Assembly: GCA_028699085.1 (NCBI GenBank)
Contig: JAQVVF010000006.1
Span: 1-59,585, forward strand
DNA: 59,585 bases
DNA from: Patescibacteria group bacterium
Lineage (GTDB): Bacteria; Patescibacteriota; JABMPQ01; JAQVVF01
Direction of reading: 5' to 3'
Under the pieces are notes generated by a model that was given only the letters and a program-made list of their open reading frames with translations, was not told where the DNA came from and did no database searches. The position numbers and the translations under genes were made by a program. This document shows positions 45,286-55,067 of the stretch, in pieces; the stretch's first letter is position 1; each line of letters begins with the position of its first letter.

Positions 45286-46812
45286 ATGAACAAAAAGAGT
45301 ATTCTATGTGTATCGTTTGCGATTTTTATGACTGTAATTGTGTTGTTTGGTTTTGTCGTAAAAGCTCAAGATAATTCATTATCTTTAGATCTTCGAGCGT
45401 CTGCTGGTGGAGATAAAAATGTAGCTGTTGGCAAAAAAGTAGTTTTTGATGCATCAAAAACTACTGATAATAGAAATAGTGCTTATATTGGGTATTCTTG
45501 GGATTTTGGTGACGGAACTTATTCGGAAGGGAGAGAAGTTATTCATAGCTATAATTTACCTGGTGAATATAAAGTTGTTCTTAATGTTAATAATGGATAT
45601 GAAACTGATAAAGATGAAATTACAGTAAGCGTATATAAAGACCTTGTTCTTCTGGTAGCTGATAAAACCCCAACCTCTGATCAAATTAGAGATTTGAAAA
45701 GAGATGCTGCTAGGAATCAGGCTTTGCTTGTTGCTATTATAAATCGTCAAGGAGAGGCGGACTATGTTATTGAAGGAGCTTTATCTAATGCTTTGCTTGA
45801 AGCAAAAGAAGATGTCCAAAATGCTGACATTCTAATTCTTTGGACTTCTGGCAGTTTGGGATTGAACGCGATGTCAAAGTTTGCTCAATCGGCCGGTAAT
45901 TTAGCTGATTTTAGGATGGATCAGAAAGGCATTGTAAGTGCTGGAAAGAATGTTAAAGCTAATGCTAGGATTGCGCAGTCAACTTATGATGTTTTAAAAC
46001 CAGAATATATATTATTAGTTAAAGATAGTTATTTAAATTCTGTTATTAGTTCACATAATTCGGATGATTTGTTATCAAAAGTTCAATCTGATAATGCTGA
46101 GCATACTCTGATTGGAAAGCATTCGGAAAGGGCGGTCACAAAACTTGGAGCAACTAATTTCTTAAGTTATTCGATTAATTATTTAATAAACAGGGGCGTT
46201 GCGATTGATAATTTGTTTTTATTATTAATGTTGCCAATAATTGCAACATTAATTGCTTTTTTAAGGCAAATATTAGGAATTAAAACCTTTGGTATCTATA
46301 CGCCGACAATTATTACTTTGTGCTTTATCTCTACTGGTTTGAAATATGGTTTGACCATTTTTATTGTTATCTTATTGGTAGCAACTGTGCTGAGGTTTTT
46401 GTTGAGAAGATTTAAATTGCTTTATCTACCGAGAATGGCTATCGTTTTGTGCGTTGTTGCATTAGTGTTGCTGTTCTTGTTTATGGTTGGAGCATATTTT
46501 GATAAGACTGGGATGATAACTTTGTCTATTCTGCCGATTCTAGTATTGATAATTATGGTGGAGAAATTCATTGCTGTTCAAATAGAAAAAGGAGGTACTA
46601 CTGCAATTTTGTTATCTTTAGAAACTATATCGGTGTCTGTGGTCTGTTATTGGATTGTAAATTGGGAATGGTTTAAGACATTGATTTTGTCATATCCGGA
46701 ATTGGTTCTGCTGACAATCGTAGCAAATATCGCTTTGGGAAAATGGACAGGATTGAGATTATCTGAATATTTTAGATTTAAAGCGCTATTAAAGAAAAAT
46801 TCGAAGTCCTGA
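45286..46812 (+). CDS. membrane protein: signal anchor + PKD domain + unknown domain + C-terminal 7TM module of the '7TM fused to inactive transglutaminase' type
   Basis: PKD motif WDFGDGTYSEGREVIHSY. The C-terminal TM bundle carries LRQILGIKTFGIYTPTII, LLYLPRMAIVL, IMVEKF and GKWTGLRLSEYFRF, which recalls PF14402. Confidence 0.65.
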   Translation: MNKKSILCVSFAIFMTVIVLFGFVVKAQDNSLSLDLRASAGGDKNVAVGKKVVFDASKTTDNRNSAYIGYSWDFGDGTYSEGREVIHSYNLPGEYKVVLNVNNGYETDKDEITVSVYKDLVLLVADKTPTSDQIRDLKRDAARNQALLVAIINRQGEADYVIEGALSNALLEAKEDVQNADILILWTSGSLGLNAMSKFAQSAGNLADFRMDQKGIVSAGKNVKANARIAQSTYDVLKPEYILLVKDSYLNSVISSHNSDDLLSKVQSDNAEHTLIGKHSERAVTKLGATNFLSYSINYLINRGVAIDNLFLLLMLPIIATLIAFLRQILGIKTFGIYTPTIITLCFISTGLKYGLTIFIVILLVATVLRFLLRRFKLLYLPRMAIVLCVVALVLLFLFMVGAYFDKTGMITLSILPILVLIIMVEKFIAVQIEKGGTTAILLSLETISVSVVCYWIVNWEWFKTLILSYPELVLLTIVANIALGKWTGLRLSEYFRFKALLKKNSKS

Positions 46813-46900
46813 TTTTAGTAATAAAAATTTAAATATATGAAAAACTAAAGATTGCAAATATGCTGGTTTTTTATGTTTTTATGTTTTTATTTTTTTAAGT

Positions 46901-48328
46901 ATGAGGGCAACAGACATTTTGGGCATGAACGAGCGTAATTTACGTTATATTCGTGTCTATAATCGACGTGATGACATTAGGGTCGTTGATGATAAATTAG
47001 CGACAAAAGAAATTTTAAGAAAAACCGGAATAAAGACTCCGCGTGTTTATGGTGCGATTCAGACATCTCGTGATTTAAAAACTTTTGATTGGAATAAACT
47101 GCCAATGAGTTTTGTTGTCAAACCTGATCATGGTTTTGGAGGAGAAGGCGTAATGGTTCTTAGAGCATCGGAAAAAAAGAAGGAATTTATGCAGAAAACG
47201 ATTGATAAAAGAGTGTGGTTAAAAAGCGACAATGAAGATGTGACTTTTGAAAATTTAAAATCGCACATCCTTGATACTTTAGACGGAAGATTTTCACTTG
47301 CAGGCATACCAGATGTTGCTTTTTTTGAAAGAAAGATTATTTTACATCCATTATTGAAAAAGTATGTTTATAAAGGCATTCCTGATGTTCGAGTGATCGT
47401 ATTTAATAAAATACCAGTAATGTCGATGTTAAGGTTACCAACTAAATTGTCAAAGGGCAAAGCGAATTTAGCTCAGGGTGCGGTTGGTGTGGGAGTTGAT
47501 ATCGCGACTGGCGTTTCGACTCATGCAATTGTTAAGGTTCCGAAAAGAAGCGAAGTGATAACTCATCCAGATACAGGGCAGAAATTAGTTGGTTTTCAAG
47601 TGCCTTTTTGGGATGAAATACTAAAGATGTCGATAGAAGCTCAGCAAGCATCCGGATTGGGTTTCATTGGAGTTGATATTGCAATTGATAGGACTTTTGG
47701 TCCTGAAATTCTGGAATTGAATGCAAGGCCAGGATTAGAAATTCAAAATGCTAATTTATTAGGTTTAGCAAGGAGATTAGAAAGAGTGTCTGGTTTGGCA
47801 ATTAGGACAGTAGATCATGGTGTTCGAATTGCAAAAGAACTTTTTGGGGCAGTCTCAACCAAGAAGGCAGAGGTTTTAGGCAGGAAGGTGCTTGGATCAA
47901 TTGAAAAAGTAAAAGTATTAAGCAAGAATGGTAAAAGTACTTTTGAGATATTAGCGAAAGTAGACACTGGAGCTGCTTCTACATCAATTGATTTTGTGTT
48001 AGCAAAGAAACTTGGCTATGGGGACTTGTTGGATTTGATTAACGATTATAAATTAGATTCGAAGATGACTGATACTCAGGCAGAAAAAGCAGCAAAAAAA
48101 GCAGAAAAAGAGTTAAAAGCATTGTCTGCAGATGTTGAAAAAGTCAATTATGTTCGATCTGCGCATGGTTTAACCTTGAGACCGTACATAAAGTTAGCTT
48201 TTTTTGTGGCAGGTGAGAAAAAGATTTCAATCGTCAATCTTTCTGAAAGAGGGCTTTTAAAATATCAAATGATTATTGGCATGAAAGATATTAAAGGATA
48301 TTTAGTGAACGTGGAAAAGAAACATTAA
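46901..48328 (+). CDS. alpha-L-glutamate-ligase-related ATP-grasp enzyme fused to a retropepsin-like (DTGA) domain
   Basis: The N-terminus LGMNERNLRYIRVYNRRDDIRVVDDKLATKEIL is typical of TIGR02291. ATP-grasp core FVVKPDHGFGGEGV, GVDIAID..ILELNARPG. C-terminal KVDTGAASTSID resembles the RimK-associated protease family PF05618. Confidence 0.75.
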   Translation: MRATDILGMNERNLRYIRVYNRRDDIRVVDDKLATKEILRKTGIKTPRVYGAIQTSRDLKTFDWNKLPMSFVVKPDHGFGGEGVMVLRASEKKKEFMQKTIDKRVWLKSDNEDVTFENLKSHILDTLDGRFSLAGIPDVAFFERKIILHPLLKKYVYKGIPDVRVIVFNKIPVMSMLRLPTKLSKGKANLAQGAVGVGVDIATGVSTHAIVKVPKRSEVITHPDTGQKLVGFQVPFWDEILKMSIEAQQASGLGFIGVDIAIDRTFGPEILELNARPGLEIQNANLLGLARRLERVSGLAIRTVDHGVRIAKELFGAVSTKKAEVLGRKVLGSIEKVKVLSKNGKSTFEILAKVDTGAASTSIDFVLAKKLGYGDLLDLINDYKLDSKMTDTQAEKAAKKAEKELKALSADVEKVNYVRSAHGLTLRPYIKLAFFVAGEKKISIVNLSERGLLKYQMIIGMKDIKGYLVNVEKKH

Positions 48329-48339
48329 TAATACAAAAT

Positions 48340-49290
48340 ATGAAAGAAAATAGAGAATTAGTTTGGGAATCAATAAAAAAAATGGGCGGTTTAGTCTCTG
48401 AAATTGATAAAGAGAGAACTGTTGACGAGGCTTGTTTTGGAGAAAAGAAATTTTTGTTCTCGCACAAGTTTTTTGTTCGAGCAAAATATAATTTTTTGAG
48501 AGATTCTGCTTTATATAAAGACTTGATGGCAAAACTTTTGTTAAGGAAAAAAATTGCAACTCCAAAAACAGTTTTTATTGATGAAAAGATAACAGATGAT
48601 GGAGTAAAAAAAATAATTTCAGGATGGGATTATCCGATAGTTGTAAAATATGCTGAAGGATCAAAAAGCAAAGGGATTTTTATGAATTTGAAAGATCAGG
48701 AATCTGTATTGAAGGTTGTAAGAGAGCAAATTGGGATTTATAAAAAAATGGTTATACAGGAAATGGTTTTTGGAGATGAATATAGAATTTTAATTTTGGA
48801 TGATAAATTGATTGGAGCATTGAAAATGGTTCCGCCATTTGTTGTTGGCGATGGTAAGAAAAAAGTATTGGATTTAATGCATGAAAAACAAGAAAAAACT
48901 GTTCAGCGAACAAAGGAAGATGAGGCATTGAAAATCATTTTGCAAGAACAAAACGAAGATTTTGATTCGGTGCCGGCAAGTGATAAAAGGGTTTATTTAA
49001 GGCGGAATTCTTGTCTTGACGAAGGTGGAATTACGGTTGATTGTACAGACGAAATTGATGAAAAGATGATTGAGATTTGCCATCAAGCAGCTGAAGCTGC
49101 TGGAATTAAATTGGCAGGTATTGATGTAAAATGCAAAGATTTAAAAGGCTCGTTTGAAAATAAGGATAAAAATTTTTCGATTATTGAAGTTAATAGTAAG
49201 CCAGATTTAAATATTCATTATTATCCAAACGAAGGCAAGCCAAGAGACGTGATAACAGAAATTTTAAAATATATTGTAAATAAATTATGA
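48340..49290 (+). CDS. ATP-grasp ligase (cyanophycin-synthetase N-domain / RimK-like)
   Basis: YPIVVKYAEGSKSKGIF, VIQEMVFGDEYRILILD, VVGDGKKKVLDLM, GIDVKC..IIEVNSKPDL. Confidence 0.65.
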   Translation: MKENRELVWESIKKMGGLVSEIDKERTVDEACFGEKKFLFSHKFFVRAKYNFLRDSALYKDLMAKLLLRKKIATPKTVFIDEKITDDGVKKIISGWDYPIVVKYAEGSKSKGIFMNLKDQESVLKVVREQIGIYKKMVIQEMVFGDEYRILILDDKLIGALKMVPPFVVGDGKKKVLDLMHEKQEKTVQRTKEDEALKIILQEQNEDFDSVPASDKRVYLRRNSCLDEGGITVDCTDEIDEKMIEICHQAAEAAGIKLAGIDVKCKDLKGSFENKDKNFSIIEVNSKPDLNIHYYPNEGKPRDVITEILKYIVNKL

Positions 49291-50741
49291 TTTTAATTAC
49301 AAATAAGGAAGATATTAAGAAAGCATTAGAAGATAATAATTTTAAATTGTTTGGAATTGGAGGGTATCCTTCAACGCGTTCAGAAATTTGGCCATTAGTA
49401 AATGATTATGAAGTTATTTGTGGAAATCCTTCTGGCGAATTAGACGCGATAAAACAGCGGACAAAAGTCTCTGTTTTTTTGCAAACAGAAAATAATAAAA
49501 TTCCAGAAAAAAAACCGCAAGTTATTTTGAGTGATAAATCCGTTGTTGAACACATAAATAGTTCTGGTAAAAACAAGAAGGTTGCTTTGTATTTTTATAA
49601 GCCGACAGAAAAAGTCGCGGAGATTTGTAAAAAGAATAATTGGATTATGATTGCAAATAAGCCGGAATTGTTTGAAAAATATAGCAGTAAGCTAGCATTT
49701 TATAAAATTTTGGAAGATTTAAAAATAAATCGAGATATAAAAATTTTTGATTTGGAAAAATTAGATGAAAATTTAGATAGCTTGTTTGAGATTTGGGGTG
49801 AAAAAATTGTAATACAGTTTGTTGATGAGGGCGGAGGAAGAGGAACTTTCTTTTTTAAGAAAGAAGAGCGTAATAAAATTATGGATAGAATTGCGGAAAG
49901 ATTTGAATTGATTGATAAGGAAAAAAGCGCGGGCATGAAAATCGTTGCTAGCAGATTTGTAGAAGGCCCAGTTTTGAGTATTACAGGCTGTATAACAAAA
50001 GATAATGGAATATTGACGTCATACTGCCAATACCAAATGATTGATATCCCAGAGGCCATAAAAAACAAGAAAGATGCAGTGGGAGTTTTCTGCGGGCATG
50101 ATTGGTCGCTTTCAAAGAACATTCCTGACAAAATAAATAAAAAAGGAATTGAATTGATCACTAAAATTGGTGAAGAACTAAAAAAGGCTGGAATGCTAGG
50201 AATTTTTGGCTTGGATTTGATTTGGGACAAAGAAAAAGAAGATTTGATACCATTAGAAATAAATGTTAGATTATTAGGAACTTATCCAACAACTGTTTAT
50301 GTTCAGCTTGATAAAGTCGAAGTGCCATTAGTAGCTTTTCATTTGCTTGATTTTTTAGGAATAGATTACAAGATAAAAAATGAAGAGGTTTTTAGAAAAG
50401 ATAAGATCAGAAATGGCGCTCATTTGTTGCTTTTTAATCCAACTGGATTTGATGCAAAATGTGGTAAGGAATTAAAAGGTGGCGTATATAAGATGGTTGA
50501 CGGAAAAATGGAATGGGTGAGGCTTGGTGTTGAGCTTGCTGATATTCAAAATAAGGGAGAGTTTATTTTGACAGAAGGCGTTCCGATCAAGACTTTAGTT
50601 TATAAGAGAAATGGAAAATTATTAAAAGTATTAGCTAAAGAAGAATTATCTGTTAATGATGCAAGAGAACTGAATTCTTGGGCAAAGCAAATTGTTGAAG
50701 TTATTTATAAAGAATTAAATTTACAACCTAATGAAAAATAA
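49287..50741 (+). CDS. ATP-grasp ligase, divergent (484 aa)
   Basis: KIVIQFVDEGGGRGTFFFKK, VASRFVEGPVLSITG, GIFGLDLIWDKEKEDLIPLEINVRLLG. The start overlaps the upstream stop (ATGA). Confidence 0.55.
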   Translation: MILITNKEDIKKALEDNNFKLFGIGGYPSTRSEIWPLVNDYEVICGNPSGELDAIKQRTKVSVFLQTENNKIPEKKPQVILSDKSVVEHINSSGKNKKVALYFYKPTEKVAEICKKNNWIMIANKPELFEKYSSKLAFYKILEDLKINRDIKIFDLEKLDENLDSLFEIWGEKIVIQFVDEGGGRGTFFFKKEERNKIMDRIAERFELIDKEKSAGMKIVASRFVEGPVLSITGCITKDNGILTSYCQYQMIDIPEAIKNKKDAVGVFCGHDWSLSKNIPDKINKKGIELITKIGEELKKAGMLGIFGLDLIWDKEKEDLIPLEINVRLLGTYPTTVYVQLDKVEVPLVAFHLLDFLGIDYKIKNEEVFRKDKIRNGAHLLLFNPTGFDAKCGKELKGGVYKMVDGKMEWVRLGVELADIQNKGEFILTEGVPIKTLVYKRNGKLLKVLAKEELSVNDARELNSWAKQIVEVIYKELNLQPNEK

Positions 50742-51639
50742 AAAAGTAGCAATTTTTTTGCCAAGCATAGATCCAAATTCTAAAAAGAAAACTGGATTTT
50801 TGAGCAAAGAAGAAGTTTTAGAAGTAGAAGAAAAATTAAAAAATAATTCTGAAATCGAATTCCTGGGAAATGTCAATTTTGATAATTTGAAGGTTTTGGA
50901 CACTAATTTTTGGTGTGGCGATGTTAATTTGAGTGAATGTGATTTATTTTTTTGGTATGGTCCAGGCATGAAAAAAAATATGGATGAGCTTAAGGCATTG
51001 TCAAAAGTAACAAAAGTTTTGAAAAGTCCGGAATCTTTAGATATTGTTGATGATAAATTTAAAGCTCATGTAGCTTTAAAAAAACAAGGCTTGCCTGTAT
51101 CTGATTTTGCATTAATTCCTTATAATAATTTAGAGCTGATGGAAAAAATTATGAAGGATTGGAAGACTGTTGTTGTGAAGCCTAGATTTGGTAGCTTTGG
51201 TAGAGGAATAATAAAAGTGAGCGATTTTGAAACTTTAAGAGATATCGCAGGAATGTTAAGGATGGAGCATAAACAAGAGAAAATTTTTGTAGAAAGATTT
51301 GTAGAAAATGACCAAAAAGCTTGGATGAGCACGACAATCATTGATGGCAAGGTTGTTTATGGCTATAGAAAAAAAGAAGAAAAATTTGCTGGCTGGAAGG
51401 TGTATGATATTAAGGCAAAAGGTGGAGGAGCTTATTATGTTGATCCAGCACCCGTACGAGAATATGCAGAAAAAGCAGCAGCAATTTTGGATAAATCTAT
51501 TTGCGGCTTTGATTTTATTAAAACAGCAGATGGCTATAAAATTGTTGATGAAAATAATTTTCCTGGTTTTTATCCAGAAGCATTTAAAGATGCGGGCGTT
51601 AAAGCAACTGATTTAATTGTTAATTTAATAGTAAAATAA
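50731..51639 (+). CDS. RimK-type ATP-grasp ligase
   Basis: VVVKPRFGSFGRGIIKV, FVERFVEND, ICGFDFIKTADGYKIVDENNFPGF. Overlaps the upstream gene by 11 nt. Confidence 0.7.
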   Translation: MKNKKVAIFLPSIDPNSKKKTGFLSKEEVLEVEEKLKNNSEIEFLGNVNFDNLKVLDTNFWCGDVNLSECDLFFWYGPGMKKNMDELKALSKVTKVLKSPESLDIVDDKFKAHVALKKQGLPVSDFALIPYNNLELMEKIMKDWKTVVVKPRFGSFGRGIIKVSDFETLRDIAGMLRMEHKQEKIFVERFVENDQKAWMSTTIIDGKVVYGYRKKEEKFAGWKVYDIKAKGGGAYYVDPAPVREYAEKAAAILDKSICGFDFIKTADGYKIVDENNFPGFYPEAFKDAGVKATDLIVNLIVK

Positions 51640-51644
51640 TTATT

Positions 51645-52643
51645 ATGTTTGAATTAGAGAGATATTCTGGCAATCCAATACTAAATCCTATTAAGGATCA
51701 TGTCTGGGAATCGAAAATGGTTTTTAATCCAGCCGTGGTTTTAAAGGACAATAAAATCCATGTAATTTACCGTGCTAGAGGAGAGCATGAATTTAAAGGA
51801 ATTTTGATTTCAAGGCTTGGTCATGCAATTTTTAAAGATGATGGGGTAACATTGGAAAAGAGATTTGAAAATCCTGTTTTTGAACCTGAAGAATGGTATG
51901 AACCAGCTGGTTGCGAGGATCCAAGGATAACAAAGATTGATGGAAAATATTATTTGTTGTATACTGCTTATTCAGGCACAGAAATAGATCCTTTTTTAGG
52001 TTTGGAAAGAGTCAATATTGCAGTTGCAACAACAATGGATTTTGTTGATTGGCACAGACAAGGCTTATTATTACCTGAGGTAGAAAAACCGGAAAAAAAT
52101 GGGGTATTGTTCCCTGAAAAAATTAATGGTTATTATGTTTGTTATTATAGAATCGATCCGCATATTTATGTGGCGTATTCAAAAACATTAGAGCATCCTG
52201 TTTGGAGAGGACATAAAAAAATTATTTCTCCAAGGAAGGGGATGTGGGATAGTGAGAAAATTGGAGCAGGAGCACCGCCGATAAAAACTGATTTAGGCTG
52301 GCTGTTCATTTATCATGGAGTCGACCGAAAGGGACCTTCAAGACTAAAAATTAAAAAAACTGGATATGGGACGGTTGATTATGATAGAACTTATCGATTA
52401 GGTGTAATGTTGATTGATAAAAATAATCCTGAAAAAATATTATATCGTTCTGAAGGATTTATTTTGGAGCCAAAAGAGGATTATGAAAAGATGGGAATGA
52501 TTCCAAACGTTGTTTTTACTTGTGGAGCTGCTGTTGTTAGAGAAAAACTTCTTGTTTATTATGGCGGTGCTGACACTGTGATTGGTTTAGCGACATGTAA
52601 GATGGCCGATTTGTTGAAAGCGATCCAAAATAAATCGATTTGA
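51645..52643 (+). CDS. glycoside hydrolase family 130 protein (beta-mannoside phosphorylase-like)
   Basis: NPILNP..WESKMVFNPAVV, CEDPRITKIDGKYYLLYTAYSG, GAPPIKT..GWLFIYHGV, VYYGGADT. Confidence 0.8.
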   Translation: MFELERYSGNPILNPIKDHVWESKMVFNPAVVLKDNKIHVIYRARGEHEFKGILISRLGHAIFKDDGVTLEKRFENPVFEPEEWYEPAGCEDPRITKIDGKYYLLYTAYSGTEIDPFLGLERVNIAVATTMDFVDWHRQGLLLPEVEKPEKNGVLFPEKINGYYVCYYRIDPHIYVAYSKTLEHPVWRGHKKIISPRKGMWDSEKIGAGAPPIKTDLGWLFIYHGVDRKGPSRLKIKKTGYGTVDYDRTYRLGVMLIDKNNPEKILYRSEGFILEPKEDYEKMGMIPNVVFTCGAAVVREKLLVYYGGADTVIGLATCKMADLLKAIQNKSI

Positions 52644-52668
52644 AATTATTGGAGGTTTTGTTAAATAT

Positions 52669-53862
52669 ATGACAAGACAATTATTTGGAAGTTTAAAAAG
52701 GAAAAAATTAGGTGTATGTTTTGTTTCAAGCTATCCGCCTCGCGAGTGCGGAATTGCAACCTTTACCTCTTTTCTTAAAGAAGCAGTAAAGAAAAATTTG
52801 CCCAAGGTCAAATTTAGAATTATTGCGATTGATGAACCTAGAAAAAGAAGAAAATACACGAATAGAGTAATTAAGGTTGTAAGAAGAGATAACCTTGAGG
52901 ATTATATTGAAGCAGCGGAAATTATTAATAAAAATAAAGATATCGATTTAGTCAGCGTACAACATGTTTTTAGCTTGTTTGGTGGCAATGATGGAGAACT
53001 AATCTTGGAGTTTCTAAAAAGATTGAAGAAGCCTTGCGTGACAACAATGCACATGGTTTATCAACCGACAAAGAAGCCTCACAAATTTGAAGTAGTGGAA
53101 ACTAATTTTGTTAAAATTACAAAAGAAATTGTAAAATATTCAGCAAAAATTGTAGTAATGATTCAACCAGTAAAAGATTTGTTGGTTTACAAATATAAAG
53201 TACCAAGAAATAAAGTTGTGGTAATACCACATGGGTTGCCAAATATTGAAAAACAAAATCCGGAAAAATATAAGAAAAAATTAGGATTTGTTGGCAAAAA
53301 AATTATTTCAACTTTTGGTTTGATCAGGCAGAAAAAAGGCTTGGAATATGTAATCTATGCAATGCCGAAGATATTAAAGAAATATAAAGAAGCAATATTT
53401 TTAGTATTAGGCGAATCACATCCAGCCAGAACAAGAACGTATTATGATTTTTTGAAAAAAGAAGTAAAAAGATTGAAGCTTGAAGATAACGTTGTCTTTA
53501 ATGAGACTTATCTGACCTATAAAGAGATTATTAGATATTTATTAGCTTCAGATATCTTTGTAACGCCGTATTTAGTTCCAGAACAAACAAGCAGTGGAGT
53601 CGTATCATATGCGATGGGTTGCGGAAAAGCAATTGTAGCGACAAAATTTTTATATGCTAAAGATGTTTTATCTGATGGCAGAGGAAAATTGGTTAATTTT
53701 AGAAATTCGCGTCAGATTTATGAAGAAATAATGTATTTATTCTCTCATCCAAAAGTAAAAAAGAGGATTGAAGATAGAGCATACAAATATGGTCAGACAA
53801 TGATTTGGGAAGAAGTGGCAAAAAATTATATTGAATTGTTTTTTAAGGTTTTAAGCAAATAA
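52669..53862 (+). CDS. glycosyltransferase family 4 (GT-B)
   Basis: SSYPPRECGIATF N-terminus, plus the C-terminal E-x7-E-like region PEQTSSGVVSYAMGCGKAIVAT. Confidence 0.8.
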   Translation: MTRQLFGSLKRKKLGVCFVSSYPPRECGIATFTSFLKEAVKKNLPKVKFRIIAIDEPRKRRKYTNRVIKVVRRDNLEDYIEAAEIINKNKDIDLVSVQHVFSLFGGNDGELILEFLKRLKKPCVTTMHMVYQPTKKPHKFEVVETNFVKITKEIVKYSAKIVVMIQPVKDLLVYKYKVPRNKVVVIPHGLPNIEKQNPEKYKKKLGFVGKKIISTFGLIRQKKGLEYVIYAMPKILKKYKEAIFLVLGESHPARTRTYYDFLKKEVKRLKLEDNVVFNETYLTYKEIIRYLLASDIFVTPYLVPEQTSSGVVSYAMGCGKAIVATKFLYAKDVLSDGRGKLVNFRNSRQIYEEIMYLFSHPKVKKRIEDRAYKYGQTMIWEEVAKNYIELFFKVLSK

Positions 53863-53872
53863 TTTTAAATAT

Positions 53873-55048
53873 ATGACAAAAGATTTGAAAGAAATGAATA
53901 TTATTTTGCTTTCCTCATTTCCTCCTCGTGAGTGTGGAATTGCGACATACGCAACTCATTTATTTTCTGCGCTTAAGAAAACTTTGCCGGAATTAAAAAT
54001 AATTGTTCTAGCAGTTGACGAAAGAAAAAGACCACAAAAATATGAAGATCTTGTGAAACATGTTATAAAAGATGAATCTGTTGAGTCATATCAAAAAGCT
54101 GCAGAATATATTAATGAATCAGGCGCTGGTTTGGTTTGCTTGCAGCATGAATTTGGGATTTACGGTGGTTTTGATGGTACTCTTGTTATAGAGATGATGA
54201 AAAAAATTAAAGTACCGATTGTAACAACTTTACACACTGTTCCAATAACAAAAAAAGCAAAACGTAGAGATACGAGATTAGCTATTCTTAAGGAAATTAT
54301 TAAATATAGCAAAAGAGTTCTATTAACTACCGAATATGCTAAAGAATGCTTGAAAAAAGAAGCAGGAGCTCCTGATAGAAAATTGAAAGTTATTTTGCAT
54401 GGTACGCCAGATGTTAAATTGATTGATCCAGATGAGGCAAAGAAAAAAGTTGGTTTAGAAGGCAAAAAAGTTATTTCAACTATTGGGATGATCAATCCAC
54501 ATAAGGGAATCGAAAAAATAGTTGAAGTCTTGCCGGCAATTGTTAAAAAGCATAAAAATGTTGTTTATCTTATCGCTGGCGAGGTGCATCCAAGAAAGAA
54601 AAAAGAAGTTGATGCATATTTGGCAAGAGTTTATGCGAGAGCAAAAGAGCTGGGTGTTTATAACCATATAAAAAGAGTAGATAAATATTTTACTGAAGAA
54701 GAATTAGTAACTTATTTTCAAGCATCAGATATTTTTATGACGATTTATGATGTTCCAGAACAAGTATCATCTGGAACGCTTGCTTACGCGATTGCATGTG
54801 GTAGGTGTGTGGTTTCAACTCCTTATATTTATGCGAAGGAATTAATTGGTGAAGATGTGCGAGGATTTTTAGTAAAGTTTGGAGATTTGCCTGCTATTGC
54901 TTCTAAAGTAAATTATATTTTAGATAATCCATTAGTGCAGCAAGAAATGGAAAAGAAAATTTATGAATTTGGTAGAAGGACAACTTGGGAGGCGGTAGCA
55001 AAGAAACATTTTGAAATTTTTGAAGAAGCAGTGCAGGATTTTTTTTAA
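53873..55048 (+). CDS. glycosyltransferase family 4 (GT-B), paralog of the preceding gene
   Basis: SSFPPRECGIATY and PEQVSSGTLAYAIACGRCVVST; collinear with 52669-53862. Confidence 0.8.
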   Translation: MTKDLKEMNIILLSSFPPRECGIATYATHLFSALKKTLPELKIIVLAVDERKRPQKYEDLVKHVIKDESVESYQKAAEYINESGAGLVCLQHEFGIYGGFDGTLVIEMMKKIKVPIVTTLHTVPITKKAKRRDTRLAILKEIIKYSKRVLLTTEYAKECLKKEAGAPDRKLKVILHGTPDVKLIDPDEAKKKVGLEGKKVISTIGMINPHKGIEKIVEVLPAIVKKHKNVVYLIAGEVHPRKKKEVDAYLARVYARAKELGVYNHIKRVDKYFTEEELVTYFQASDIFMTIYDVPEQVSSGTLAYAIACGRCVVSTPYIYAKELIGEDVRGFLVKFGDLPAIASKVNYILDNPLVQQEMEKKIYEFGRRTTWEAVAKKHFEIFEEAVQDFF

Positions 55049-55067
55049 AGTCTTAATTCAAAAAAAT

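Noticed and set aside
49700-50230. 176-aa minus-strand ORF inside the third ATP-grasp gene, and similar same-region ORFs (41446-41784, 41531-41725, 45446-45750, 32250-32468, 54160-54667, 3652-4127, 12445-13511)
   Set aside because: They overlap genes with clear family motifs, translate to low-complexity Ser/Phe/Leu/Ile-rich strings typical of wrong-frame AT-rich DNA, and have no start signals.
55011-55067. Longer form of the zinc-ribbon ORF starting at 55011
   Set aside because: It overlaps the end of the GT4 gene and adds a basic low-complexity stretch. ATG 55068 gives a compact CxxC...CxxC protein.
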